Part shown: positions 35,219 through 47,884 of the stretch, piece by piece | Layout of the letters: each line of letters opens with the position of its first letter | Position numbering within the stretch: the first letter of the stretch is position 1 | Origin: Nemertoderma westbladi | Taxonomy: Eukaryota > Animalia > Xenacoelomorpha | DNA: 64,000 nt | Direction: 5' to 3' | Assembly: GCA_032718475.1 (NCBI GenBank) | Contig: JAUCBJ010006724.1 | Coordinates: 8,472-72,471, forward strand | Program-made: the position numbers and the translations under genes | Notes under the pieces: generated by a model | Seen by the model: only the letters and a program-made list of their open reading frames with translations | Told to the model about the DNA's origin: nothing | Database searches by the model: none

Positions 35219-36330
35219 TACACGTTTTCCGATGGAGATATTGGAGATGGAGATGAGATTGAAGAAGGAGATAGAGGTCGGCTTGTTGCTCGTGTTGATC
35301 TAAGATTCCGGGCAGCTTCCCGTTTGTTAAACTGCTGCTCACCTTGTAAACGGGTTAGATCTTGGTCGATATATACAGCTCTGAATAAAGCAGATTGGCG
35401 AAGTTTTTTCTTTTGACTGAGAATAAGATTCTTGGTTTCAACGTTTGCGAGACGAATGATTACTCGAGAGGGCTTGTTATCTTTGGATGGAAGGCTGGAG
35501 ACTATTGAGACAATTGCATCTTTCTGATGGAATTCCGACTCCAACAGGGAAGATATATTATCTTTGTCAGAGTCTTTGCCTAATACCGGTAATCCTCGAA
35601 TCACGATATTCAACTCCCGCTTCCGTTGTTCTCGCACTTCCCGGTCTACATCATCTGATGTCATCATGGATGCCGTAGTCCGTGTTGTCTTCCGGCTAAC
35701 TGTGGTCCATGGTGAGTCTGAAGACCCCGACGCTAGTCCATTGGATTCTTCTCGTAGCTCATCTAAATCCGAGTTCAGCTGCTTAAACCCCTTTGAAATT
35801 GAATCTTTGAGGTTGGACACGACCGACATTAGTGTTTCCGTAGTAACAGCTGCCGGATTAGCATTAGGTTCCCCGATGGTAAAACTGCCACGCGATTCGC
35901 ATGTGTTGCACACTATTTTACAGTTTTTACTCTTGGTGAGAATGGGAATATCTGATATGACCAAGCCGAGGCATGCGGTGTGTATCCAAGACCCACAGCA
36001 GTCACACCCCAGGCAATCTTTCCCAAGGACTGCCTTGGCACAATGTGGACACAGACTTTCCACCGAAACATTCCCATCACTTGAGTGATCACCTAAATCG
36101 CATTGGGCAGCATGATTATTGAAAGCAGCTTTGTCAATGAAAAGCGCTGAACAACCATCGCAGTTAAACAGTTTAGAGAGGTCAATTTTCCCAGAACTTC
36201 GAGTTGCAGGCTGGCCAAACGCCACGCCAGGGGATTGCGAAATGCTGGGAACATGGCCGAATTTAGATTTCCGCTTGTCTTTGGCTGTGTTTGACATTGC
36301 AATTTTTATGTTGGCAAAAATTACAATCAA
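35218..36330 (-). CDS. CR1 ORF1 with C2H2-like Zn finger and PHD finger
   Basis: CDGC..H..QC; CPHC..CDCCGSWIHTAC..CNTC; RELNIVIRGL..VYIDQDLT. True start may be the ATG at 36297. Confidence 0.9.
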   Translation of the reverse strand: MIVIFANIKIAMSNTAKDKRKSKFGHVPSISQSPGVAFGQPATRSSGKIDLSKLFNCDGCSALFIDKAAFNNHAAQCDLGDHSSDGNVSVESLCPHCAKAVLGKDCLGCDCCGSWIHTACLGLVISDIPILTKSKNCKIVCNTCESRGSFTIGEPNANPAAVTTETLMSVVSNLKDSISKGFKQLNSDLDELREESNGLASGSSDSPWTTVSRKTTRTTASMMTSDDVDREVREQRKRELNIVIRGLPVLGKDSDKDNISSLLESEFHQKDAIVSIVSSLPSKDNKPSRVIIRLANVETKNLILSQKKKLRQSALFRAVYIDQDLTRLQGEQQFNKREAARNLRSTRATSRPLSPSSISSPSPISPSENV

Positions 36331-36589
36331 CAGTTTATATATTTACAAATTAAGGAATTACATGTACAATCAAGCAGTACAGCAGTCGGTATACGGTAGG
36401 CAGGTAGGCCTAACGTGCATTGAAAACAACTCAGATCAACGATGCAAACGATGCAAACGACGCAAACGATACCTTGCGGTACACCACAGATAATCTCTTG
36501 TACAGTAGACTGTGATTTGCTAATGACTACAGTTTGACCTCTGTCTGACAGGTAGGACTTGAATCAGTCTATAGAACCTACACCCATCA

Positions 36590-37050
36590 GGCCTAACTTA
36601 CCAAGCAGAATTTCATGATCTACAGTATCGAAAGCCTTTTGTAGGTCCAACATTACCATACCAGTATATAAACCCTTTGCGTTATTACATCTAATTGTAT
36701 CAGTTAAGTTAATAAGGCAGGTGTCTGTAGAATATGATTTACGAAAACCGGACTGAAGTTCATACTGTAGATCAGATTTAGCCTACTAAGATGTGCTTCC
36801 AGCTGTAGAAAAACAGAACGTTCTAGAATTTTAGATACAATACTTAAGATACTAACAGGTCTGTAATTACAGGGTTACTTTACTATTCTTTTTATACAGA
36901 GGAACAACCTTAGCTAATTTCAGTTCGTCTGGTACTACATTATCTACGATAGAGTAATTAATAATAAAAGTAATAGGCACTTTAAGTACTTCAGCACCAT
37001 CCTTAAGAAAACGGGCAGGTATTAGGTCTAGACCGGTACTTTTTGAGTGA
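36590..37050 (-). pseudogene. L2/CR1 RT N-terminal fragment
   Basis: KSTGLDLIPARFLKDG..AKVVPLYKK..YRPVSIL..QSGFRKSYSTDT..DLQKAFDTVDH. Confidence 0.9.
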
Positions 37051-37065
37051 AATGTCCCAATTACC

Positions 37066-37375
37066 TACATTAAAACAAAAATTCAACAGAGTACGCGATA
37101 CAATACCAGAGCTAGTGCTTCAAACTTCTACCTCCCGAATTGTAAATCCGTTGAATCTGATACTTTCTTTTAAAATTCGGTATTAAAAATTGGAACGCTC
37201 TGCCTAATGATATTAAAAACCTAGATAATCAACATTCTTTTAAATCTGCTGTTAATCTCACCTCCGTGTGCAATGTAAAAATAAGCTGCGCTTTTGGGTT
37301 AATCCATGTTATGTTGGACAATACGGTACATTGTTTGGTGTATTTGTTATTGTTTTTACATAATGTATATATAAA
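37066..37375 (+). mobile_element. L2/CR1 3' end fragment (family of 2330-3176), internally deleted
   Basis: Matches the reverse complement of ~2730-2945 joined to ~2385-2485. Confidence 0.9.
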
Positions 37376-37424
37376 AATCTACTATGCACGTTAAGTAAAA
37401 ACCTTACCTGTTGAAGGCAGGGTT

Positions 37425-38746
37425 GGGCGCTACTCCTATCTGCTACCCGAAGGTAGGGGTGGGCGCTACTCCTATCTGCTACCCGAATTTAAGGGTGGGC
37501 GCTACTCCTATCTGCTACCCGAATGTAGGGGTAGGCGCTACTCCTATCTGCTACCCGAAGGTAGGGGTGGGCGCTACTCCTATCTGCTACCCGAAGGTAG
37601 GGGTGGGCGCTACTCCTATCTGCTACCCGAGGATAGGGGCGGGCGCTACTCCTATCTGCTCCCCGAATGTAGGGGTAGGCGCTACTCCTATCTGCTACCC
37701 GAAGGTAGGGGTGGGCGCTACTCCTATCTGCTACCCGAAGGTAGGGGTGGGCGCTACTCCTATCTGCTACCCGAATGTAGGGGTAGGCGCTACTCCTATC
37801 TGCTACCCGAAGGTAGGGGTGGGCGCTACTCCTATCTGCTACCCGAAGGTAGGGGGTGGGCGCTACTCCTATCTGCTACTCGAAGGTATGGGTGGGTACT
37901 ACTCCTATCTGCTACCCGAATGTAGGGTAGGCGCTACTCCTATCTGCTACCCGAAGGTAGGGGTGGGCGCTACTCCCATCTGCTACCCGAAGGTAGGTGT
38001 GGGCGCTACTCCTATCTGCTACCCGAAGGTAGGGGTGGGCGCTACTCCTATCTGCTACCCGAAGGTAGGGGTGGGCGCTACTCCTATCTGCTACCCGAAT
38101 TTAAGGGTGGGCGCTACTCCTATCTGCTCCCCGAATGTAGGGGTAGGCGCTACTCCTATCTGCTACCCGAAGATAGGGGCGGGCGCTACTCCTATCTGCT
38201 CCCCGAATGTAGGGGTAGGCGCTACTCCTATCTGCTACCCGAAGGTAGGGGTGGGCGCTACTCCTATCTGCTACCCGAAGGTAGGGGTGGGCGCTACTCC
38301 TATCTGCTACCCGAATTTAAGGGTGGGCGCTACTCCTATCTGCTACCCGAAGATAGGGGCGGGCGCTACTCCTATCTGCTCCCCGAATGTAGGGGTAGGC
38401 GCTACTCCTATCTGCTACCCGAAGGTAGGGGTGGGCGCTACTCCTATCTGCTACCCGAAGGTAGGGGTGGACGCTACTCCTATCTGCTACCCGAAGGTAG
38501 GGGTGGGCGCTACTCCTATCTGCTACCCGAGGATAGGGGCGGGCGCTACTCCTATCTGCTCCCCGAATGTAGGGGTTGGCGCTACTCCTATCTGCTACCC
38601 GAAGGTAGGGGTGGGCGCTACTCCTATCTGCTACCCGAAGGTAGGGGTGGGCGCTACTCCTATCTGCAACCCGAAGGTAGGGGTGGGCGCTACTCCTATC
38701 TGCTACCCGAAGGTAGGGGTGGGTACTACTCCTATCTGCTACCCGA
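37425..38746. repeat. 36-bp minisatellite, ~37 copies
   Basis: Unit gggcgctactcctatctgctacccgaaggtaggggt with recurring variants. Confidence 0.97.
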
Positions 38747-39169
38747 AGAGGCAACTCCTATCCCTTTTGACAATTTTTAAACTACAGTATCTAATTAAGG
38801 TTTATCATTAACTTAATATGCGGGATACAGACAACTCTTGTCTGGTGTTGTATCTGTATGGTCACCGAATATTTCTTCGGTAGAAACAGCATTCTATACC
38901 AATGGGATGTTTAACCGGAGGATATATTTAAAACGCGACTCTTATGTTGGTAGTGGAAGACATTAATGTCAATGAGTCCCTGGCACTGGTAATTTTCTTG
39001 AAAAATGGTAAGAAATTGAATGTTGTCCCAATATTTATTAATAACAAGAACAAAAAATTCCAACGAAAAATTTGTTTTGTCGATATTGACAGATCCTATA
39101 CTGATTCCAACTCAGTAGGCCTATATTGTCTAGTTTATCCCACGAGCATAATGTAGTACTTACGTTTCT

Positions 39170-40108
39170 CTAAATTCTAATTTTCATCTCAACTTTAATT
39201 GCTCTTCTCCATATAAAATGAGAGCCCCAAGTAATCATTTGAAAATATTTATTTGAAGAATTTTTATATTTTATGTTGTTATCCAGTGTTCTATGTGATC
39301 CATATACACCATTGAGATTAGATAAGCGGCAAACATCAGAACTAGTTGACCACCAGGCACTTTTTCTATATTCAGCACTATTACATCCTGTCCCATCGTA
39401 ATCATGATCGAATGTTGAAAAGGGGTACCCAGTGGGAAAACTATCTGGGTAAGTGTAATTGTTGAATCCGTCGTTGCGTAGGAAGTAATCACCTATGTTT
39501 CCATGGTACCCAGACAAACGCAAGTCATAAGTCGGAAATGGACCCAATTGAAACTCTGAATATTCAGCATACCCTGTGAACTCCTCATGGATGTGTTCGT
39601 GTTTGAATCGAAATTCTATTCGAAGTGTTTTAGCTGCTTTTTTAGTAAACCAGCGAATAAATTCTAAGCCAATGAAGAAATCCTCTCGTCTATTTACGTC
39701 ACCAAATCCTCTGACGTAATCATTGAAACCCCGGTAGAAGTCTACCGATCCACTGACTCTTTGTTGGATAACAAACCAATGCTGCCAGGTACCTCCTAGA
39801 TTTGTCATAATACAAAGTATAGGAATGTATGTTCCATTTAAACTAACCCCAGTCGCTCCCTTTAACACTAACTCGGATGATCCATTTAATATCCCCTGTG
39901 GTGGATCATGAAGTGAGGTATTATCTGGATTGAATCTGTTACATGGGTAGAATGCAGCGAAAGTCTCCCATGTATCATTTATTTGTGATATCATATTAAA
40001 TTTTAAATCCTCGAATTCATTGTTAAGTTTAGTTGGAAAACTATTCCTTATTATCGATGAAAACCATTCATTATCGATGTGGCCCACTAATACCTCTTTT
40101 TGTGGTTC
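39170..40108 (-). CDS. Fibrinogen-related protein, last coding exon (FReD 2)
   Basis: WFVIQQRVSGSVDFYRGFNDYVRGFG, FFIGLE, FSTFDHD, AWW, SNLNGVY, VEMKIR; phase-0 acceptor tttatttcctag|GAA. Confidence 0.88.
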   Translation of the reverse strand, partial: EPQKEVLVGHIDNEWFSSIIRNSFPTKLNNEFEDLKFNMISQINDTWETFAAFYPCNRFNPDNTSLHDPPQGILNGSSELVLKGATGVSLNGTYIPILCIMTNLGGTWQHWFVIQQRVSGSVDFYRGFNDYVRGFGDVNRREDFFIGLEFIRWFTKKAAKTLRIEFRFKHEHIHEEFTGYAEYSEFQLGPFPTYDLRLSGYHGNIGDYFLRNDGFNNYTYPDSFPTGYPFSTFDHDYDGTGCNSAEYRKSAWWSTSSDVCRLSNLNGVYGSHRTLDNNIKYKNSSNKYFQMITWGSHFIWRRAIKVEMKIRI

Positions 40109-40282
40109 CTAGGAAATAAAGAAATCATATAGCACGTTAAATGGAGCCAAATAATTGACCAGAAACTAGTCATTTTTCTCATGAATAATGTATGACTTTA
40201 GGACTACACAGACATGACGACATCATAACTATATAGGGATTATAGTAGGTTATGATGACGTACAATTAATACTACAGCCTCT

Positions 40283-40931
40283 ACAAGGAAAATATATGAC
40301 AAGATGCTACCTATAGAAACAGGGGACTTCACACCCGCCGAACTCCAAAGAAGCATTGTCCAAAGCATGTCCAATCACAAAGCTAGTGGATTAGATGAAA
40401 TCCCTGCTGAGGCATGGAAAACAGGAGTGCTAAACATACTGTTAGTGGATGTGTGCAACCGGATGCTGAAAGGGGAAACCCTTGATCTTTTACAAGATCT
40501 CTCCAGGCACCTGAAGATTAAGTACTTTCGAGCCACAGTGGAAAGTGTACTTTTATACGGGGTTGAGACCTGGACACTGACGAAATCACTTGAACAACGA
40601 ATTGCTACACAAGACTACTAAGGGCTGTCCTAAACATCAGCTGGAGACAACATATGACAAACGCCGAGCTCTATGGTACTATACCACCTGTATCAACCAC
40701 CCTCCGTGAACGCAGATTAAGATTCAGTGGGCACTGCTGGCGAAGTAAAGCCGAGGTCATGCCAGATCTACTTTCTGGCAACCAACTCAAGGAAAGCGTA
40801 GTCGTGGACGACCGGCTTGAAAGGCATACTGAACTTGAGAGAAACGCAATTTCGACAACTATGGAGAATCGGGAAGCCTGGAAGGATCACATTTCCACTG
40901 TCCGAGTTCGCTCGACCTAGTAGTAGTAGTT
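40283..40931 (+). mobile_element. Internally deleted RTE-type LINE with (TAG)n tail, inside an intron
   Basis: KASGLDEIPAEAWK is joined to LKIKYFRATVESVLLYGVETWTL..RRLRFSGHCWR; the RT core is absent. Confidence 0.85.
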
Positions 40932-41206
40932 GTACAGTAGTATCATAGTAGTTGTACAATACTACATGTAGGCCTATGGGATAGTATTTATTTGCAAAAA
41001 CAGCCGAAATTAGCTTATAAAATTAGCTTACGCTATTAGTTCTCGCTTACTGTTTAGATTATAATAATGTGCCACTGTGACCTGCTCCGTTCCCTTACTT
41101 GATAATTAATATATTATCAATTAGCAAGATGGCATTCCTGAGAGTACCTATCATCTCCCCATTGTCGCAGAATATCTAAATAACTAAAACTATAATATTT
41201 ACGTAC

Positions 41207-42388
41207 CTTGATTTTCATTTCAACTTTTCTGATGGTGATATTATAATAAGGGATGATTTTATTACTAGATCGAACATGTACTTCATCATCGTAAGTGATC
41301 TTATCATATGGTGCATTTAAGTTCGTTAGACAACTGTATTGACTAAACCACCATCCACTGCCTGAACTCTGGGCGCAGTTTAAATTGGATTTAACATTTT
41401 CCCTATCAAATGTTGAAAATGGACGAGAAGTATTGAAGTCCCTTCGTAAAGCATCAGTGGTTACATCACCTGAGAAATGACCAGATATGGTCATCGAATA
41501 TGTGTCCGTAGACGTAATCTGGAAACCATCGTATGCCACTCCGAAAGAAATATCTTCTTCTATATAAACACCACGCATTCCTGTTCCCCTCATATCAAAC
41601 CGTAGACGAGCACCACCTTTGGTTATTCTGCTAATCGTTTCTAAACCTACCCAGAAGCTGCCGTGTGAACCAAAACCCGCTACATAATCATTCCACGTCA
41701 TGTTAAACGTTTGCCTATCATCAATACGACGTTGGATCAACCACCAGGGGCCATCTGGACTGGATGTGTCACAGTGTGGTAGTGCTTTACCTTCCTTTTG
41801 TGCTTTAGTGCAATTGTATTTCATCAAGTAATCTGCTAAAAGACTACGAAGCCTCTGTAAATTACTTGAGTCCTTAGTGAAGTCTTTAGTTATACTATTC
41901 CATTTTATAAGCATTTCGTTTTTAAATTCATTTAGTTTTAAGCCATTGGTTATTAAATTTTCTACAATTTCAAAGAATTTATCTTTAATCGTGTTGGCAA
42001 TGTATTTATTATCCATGTTCGGCATGTGAAAATTTTTGAATTTTCCAAGTATTTTTTGATATAGATTTTCCAATTTAACCCATGCTTTTTTCTCCACTTT
42101 ATCTATGAGGTTTAGAGCATTATTATTATTCCATATATTTCTCCCGGCAGCAGAAATAAATGCGGTCAAAATTAATTTAGTATTATTCCTCGGTGATTTG
42201 TTTTCTTGGTCGTCGGAAGGCATTTCATTAAATCGAAATAGCATTGCGTGTTCTTCTTCAATGTTTAAAACTATATCATCAACTGTGATCCATGCAAAAT
42301 CATGAAAGTATTGGTATAAATTAAATTTCAGTCTTTCAATACCCCTGATCATGATATTCTTTATTTCTATTATAGCTTTGTCGCCCTC
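41207..42388 (-). CDS. Fibrinogen-related protein, internal exon (helical region and FReD 1)
   Basis: WWLIQRRIDD..WNDYVAGFG, FWVGLE, FSTFDREN, GWWF, TNLN, VEMKIK; acceptor ttttttaag| and donor AAG|gtacgt, both phase 0. Confidence 0.85.
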
Positions 42389-42593
42389 CTTAAAAAAAAT
42401 ATATAAATTACTATTGTATATTAGGAAACACTGACACATTGGAATGTCATACGTAGAATATTGTTTTAGATATTGCGCCGTAGAATAACGTACTACTTTT
42501 TTTAGTTTAAACCAAATTTGAATGTTTATTATTTATTGATATCACTGAAGACAAGTGTTAATACTTGAAATGGCCATTTTTGTGATGAAATGA

Positions 42594-42803
42594 AAGGCCC
42601 ATTTATACTCGGCCATACGACAGCCGTAGGGGTGACCGTACAGTAAGGCATTGTGATATCAGTCCGTCCGTCAGGCGCGGCGGCCGTACGGTATGTTTCG
42701 TATGCCGTATGGCAATCGTAAAACGACTGCAGATGCCGTACTGCCATGGATGAGGCCGTACGATGCCCACACGGCCGCCGTACGACCGAGTATAAATGAG
42801 CCT
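42594..42803. mobile_element. MITE, PIF/Harbinger-like
   Basis: TIR aggcccatttatactcgg / ccgagtataaatgagcct; possible TGA TSD; internal ccgtacg repeats. Confidence 0.7.
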
Positions 42804-43129
42804 TGATTTGTTTTATTTAGAATCGTGGCTTATACCCTTAAAACACCAAGACAAAGGGTAGCTGTTACAATATCGGATCTAGAACATCCTGCCTAATTTC
42901 ATAAAACCCATACTCTTGATTCCCTAAAGCCGGTATATGTTTGATGACAATTGAGTAAAAAAAGTAGAGGGAATTTAGTGATGAAAAAATGCAAAATCGA
43001 CAAACTGAGAAAAAGGTTGTTTTATTCAGAGAGACATGAATATTCAGCCATAAATGCTGTTGTTGAAAAGTTATGTTTTGTGGTTGACTGACTATGTTCT
43101 ACGCATGTCCTTAGATCATCATAATGATG

Positions 43130-43680
43130 ATGGGGTGATGATAACTCCACCTACTATACTGGCTCCAGAAGTCGAGGAAATCAAGCCAAGTACTGCACCT
43201 AACTGATCTAGACTTTGCTGAAGACTTATGAGTGCTCTCAGAATCACTAGAGGGAGCCAAATGATTCTCACTCAGCTCATTAGAACAGGCTGCTTCTAGT
43301 GTTGGTCTTTTTGTTAACTCTAAGAAGACAAACATTTTGACAGTTAACTTTGAGAGTCCTCAGCAAATCTCTGATCGTTTGAGCATAAGCGCAATTGCTT
43401 GAGCATGTGGACTACTTGTTACCTGGGATCATGGATCCGGAAATCAGGTGTGGACCTTCGAATACGCAAGGGAAAGGCATGGGCAGCATTATGAATGGGC
43501 TTTCCAGGATTTGGAAGTCACCGAGAATTAATCGAAAACTTAAGGTCCGATTATTTAGAGCAGCAGTAGTTCCAGTACTCCTTTATGGGAGTCCATGCTA
43601 GGCTCTAACTGACGAGGACCACCAAGCTCTGGATGGCACATTCACAAGAATGCTACGCGGGTTCACCAAGTCAAGCATAA
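43130..43680 (+). pseudogene. Degraded RTE-type RT C-terminal fragment
   Basis: VGLFVNSKKT; RIWKSPRINRKLKVRLFRAAVVPVLLYGS; DGTFTRMLR. Confidence 0.75.
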
Positions 43681-44143
43681 TGCACACCTAATCAGACACT
43701 ACAGTAGGCCTATACACTATATAAAACACTGGAGGTGTCTCATTAGTCATTGGTTCCCCCAAGCTTGACAGTAGAACAAAGCTGCCTCCGCTTTTCAGGA
43801 TATTGTTTTCGCCGAGAGGACAAGAGTGCACAATCTTGTGCTTTGGCAGCCCCATGGAGAAAATTAGTATGGTAGACAGCCCTTGACTTTCGTAAAACGC
43901 CTCCTAAAGGACAATGATGGCCTTGAAGATGTGGATAGCCTTTCAAAAACATGGGGATAGGATGTTTGTTGATAATCCGGCATAGCATTACTATTGCACT
44001 CAACATTGGGCTTGCCAATTGTGGATTGTATGGTGATGACAAAATGTTTTTGTTAAGCCGGCATAGCATCTCAATATGTACCGTTTCAATGCATCAGGCC
44101 GAATAAAATAGTAGTAGTATGAAACGCGAAATTTAATGCTTAC

Positions 44144-44220
44144 AACAATACTTTGAGCTTCCAAGCATAGAGCCAATGTAAGCCAGTAAACTAGAATCAC
44201 AACAGCTGAACAACATTTCA
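44144..44220 (-). CDS. Candidate signal-peptide exon of the FReD gene
   Basis: KCCSAVVILVYWLTLALCLEAQSIV followed by a phase-0 donor |gtaagc. Needs an ATG split across an upstream exon (aaatag|TG AAA). Confidence 0.45.
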
Positions 44221-44287
44221 CTATTTGTCAATTGGAGTTACATTAAAATTATATCGTTAATTATTGTTCTAACTAACTTCAATTTAA

Positions 44288-44800
44288 CCCTATTTGGCCC
44301 GGGGGGTGCGATTTTAGATTTTTTTTTGTAATTCATCTGTATCTTTGATTCAGGTTTGTTGGGAAAACCGATATTTAGTGACTTTTCCTAAAATTTAATG
44401 GCTTGAATTTGAAAATTAAATAATAATTTAAACAGACGAGATTTACATGGCTTTGTTAGTTTTCGTGCTGTGGTCCCTTTCTGGCACCCATCTCCAGTAT
44501 TTTTTGCGCTAAAATTTTCAAAAGTTTTTATGGCTCACTAAAATAAATTTATTTGCGTTATATAGCGGTTTTTTTGGACACAGATCACAATTATAGAATT
44601 CAAATATAACAATCGAGACAATTTTTGGGAATTTTTTAATTAGGTAGAATTAATTAGTGTTCTTTATTTTATTTATTTATATTGATTCTCATTTATTATT
44701 TTGGTTAGAATATCCTGCCACATAAACCTGTTATTTTCCCTTAAATTGAAATTAAAATGGAATTTTTGACAATAACCCCACCCCTTGGTGGTTTTATCCG
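44288..44800 (+). mobile_element. Orphan end of a TTAA-type (piggyBac-like) non-autonomous element
   Basis: ttaa|ccctatttggcccgggggg start; no partner TIR; right boundary is a guess. Confidence 0.35.
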
Positions 44801-46741
44801 TGGTTTTATCATTCAATACGAATCCCTTTTAAGTAGCCCAAGTTTGTAATCTTACAAATAATACCTCATGATTTATCCGATAACGTAATGAGCATTCCCC
44901 ATCTGCTAGAAATCCAATTAGAAAATAAAGCTGCAGAATAATCTTCATACTAGAACGTAGATTATTATTCTTAACTGGTAAAGAAACTGGTTATGATACC
45001 ATATATATACTGTAATAAAGAAACACTGAAAACTCAAGTAATAATAATTAGTAATTATTATAATATATAGTTAAATATATATAGTTAAATGCTGTTATTT
45101 GTGCAGTAGGTGACAACTGTTTGGTTCAATCCGAGATATACCAATCGTACCGTCGTTTACAGATTAATTAACTTTCAAACTGTACATTGTTATTGTTTTT
45201 TTTATAATGTGTATTTATCTATTGTGCCAGCATATTTTTTTACTATGTTCAATCTTGAATGAATAAAAATAGATTTATTATTATTATTTTAGTAATATGC
45301 TTAGGAGATTTAATTATGTTGTGGAATGTGAATTGTTATGAAATTCAACTCTTATGTACAGTTCAATAGTACTGTACAGTAAGTTATATTATATAGGTTG
45401 GCACTGGCGGTCGTAATAAAGCTGCCCAACGCCAACACTTGGTATGGCGATAAATCACAAAATAGTGCCAGTACCTACTGTAATAGTACTGCTGTACTCG
45501 GTTCGGTTGTAATTTCTAATATGGTGCGAGCCACGAAAGTAAGCGCGATCTTAGCATACAGGACATACCACTAAATCAATCGCTGTTGTTCTATTGTGTC
45601 CAATTTTAAACGTTATAATAACTCAGCCAAATCTTAATGAAATCTGTCTGGCAAAAGTTTTGAAACTTTCCAAGTTGAATTTCCGTGTGGCCTTCGAGAA
45701 GCTAAGATAATAGCAGTTAATTAGTTAATAAGTTGATTAGGGTAAAAACAGCTTTTTCAACCTGCCTCTTAAAGGATATTAATTATTTTCTAGTATAAGA
45801 TTTAAATAATTATACTTAACAATTATACAGCTGTATTCCGCATACCCCATTCATTATAGTTTTTAATTAGTTCAAGAGATTTGCCTTAAGAAATATGTTT
45901 TTAATTGATCTAAACAACTTATTAAAATGCCCTGTCTCCAGCTACTTCCATAGCTCCCTCATTCCTTGGCATGCTTCCTAGCCCAACCACCTCATCACTA
46001 CTCAAAGGCAGCATTGTAATGAGCCATACTAATAAGCCATGTTATTCTCTTGGTAATTTGTGTTTAGCTTACAAAATGATTGGCCGAGTACTTAATCATG
46101 ATTCTTTAGAATAACTAGAAAGCCAGCAAGCTGGCTGGAAGGAGCCCGGGGGAAAAATACTAGCCAAGACTATTACAAAGAACTATGTCAGTCAGCAGTA
46201 GTAAACTAAACAATTGTCTAAACTGCAAGGCGTGAGGCTAGCTGACTCTGTGGCTCGCCCCATATAATACAAAATTCAACTTAGCTACCATTAACAAAAA
46301 TGTAATATGAAGCAAATAATTTCATTATCAAGCACGTTTACAAGATATAAGATAAGATTACTGAATATTTATAAAAAATGCCCATAATGCAAAACCAGAT
46401 AAATAACAACGAATAGAGCCATATAATAAATTTAGTTTCCTTCTATATGTATTACCCCGTCAGCTGAATATCTTCTTCCCAGTGAATCCTATGTGAATAT
46501 AGGTAGGTACTCCTCCTGCTAAGTTAGGCGGTAAGACAGAGCGGGCTCCTTAAATACATATATAGTAATATACTGTAGGTCAACTATAAAACATTTGCAA
46601 TCCACAGTGAGTAACAACTGCAATAGGACACAACACACTGCTTTGTGTAACTAAAATTCATTCTCCTGATCCACCACCTAACATAGCAGATTGAGTAACC
46701 TTGTTGTAGATTTACCCTTTGGAAGCACTGGGAGAGCAATC

Positions 46742-47884
46742 TGTAAAAGCTTTTGCGTCATTAACCGGTTATTTTCCCTTAAAGTACTCTGTAGTTGGTT
46801 TACCAGGCATAAAAAGGCCGCGTCCTTACTGTACTGGTGTTTTAGAGGACATAAAAGTCATTTCTTCTGTATTCGTACTTTAGAGGACATAATCCGCAAT
46901 CTCGTGACGCGATAAGCTAGATACTCTTGAAAACAGTGTCGCTACCATGACGACGGCTAACAGCTGATATTGCCATGTCGACATTTCTTTGTTTCTTTGT
47001 TATCTCGTGGTTCGGTTGACCAATCAGAGCGTTTTTTGTCTCTGTGTTGGAGGTGTATACAGAACTCAGTAGTTCAGTGTTATGTTTTTGCCCAGAGCCT
47101 AAGAACACCGGCTTTTGGCACCTCCGTGTTTCAGTCTTTAGTCTTACATTAGTAGGCTTAATTATAGAACGTATATCTGTTATCTACTCACTTATTTACT
47201 CACTATCCATAAATTACTAATATTACTGCTTTTACTGTCGGTTATTCATTATATTGGTTGATGAAATATTATATCGGAATACTGATCAATAGTCAGATAC
47301 CCCACCTTCTTGATATACTAAAGGTTAGAGAGACCGGTTACAAATAAACGATTGCGACCTATGTTAAGTGGTTTGAAGTGAATCTAATGCTATTTCATAT
47401 GCCCGACATAAATTATATGTTGCTCTCTTTATACGTGACCAAATTTAGTGAAGGTCGGCAGATTAGTGTGCAGTATTGTGCAGCATTGTGTATGAGTGTA
47501 ATTGATAACAATGCATCTCCTAAAGAATGCGCCATATACGTAAATCTATAGCCTTTTCGTTGTGTCTAGTTTAAGTCATAACTCTGTTTACATATTTAGA
47601 GCGCCACGTCCTAAAAGGAACTGTTAATATTTCCCGAAAGTGAATAATATTTGTCAGAGATTATATATCACGATCAGTCGAATAATACAGTAGGCTTACA
47701 CCATCAATCATTAAGCTCCGAACTCAGTCTCCCGGGTATATCCAACGGGTGAATGATTGCGCATAGACTGGCTTCGGCTAATGTAGTGTATCAAATACTC
47801 GTCATAGGCTAAAGACTATCTATCATCCAAAAGACATTCTAATTTTGGCAGGTTAAACTGTCAAAGGTCTTAAAAGCGCAAACA
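46742..47884 (+). repeat. 5' LTR (1143 bp, TGTAAAAG..GCAAACA)
   Basis: Boundaries set by the copies at 61401, 61869-63072 and 20894-21218. Confidence 0.9.

Larger units (their letters stand above)
32040..36469 (-). mobile_element. Full-length CR1 LINE
   Basis: Intact ORF1 and ORF2; (TAA)n tail at ~32040-32052; candidate TSD tacctt at 32034-32039 and 36470-36475; 9-bp repeats at the 5' end. Confidence 0.9.

Noticed and set aside
37411-38811. 466-aa VGVGATPICYPK ORF
   Set aside because: It follows from a stop-free 36-bp unit, starts at TTG, shifts frame internally and has no unique domain.
46691-47152. Short ORFs repeated at 61359-61912
   Set aside because: They lie within LTR copies, so repetition is not evidence of coding.
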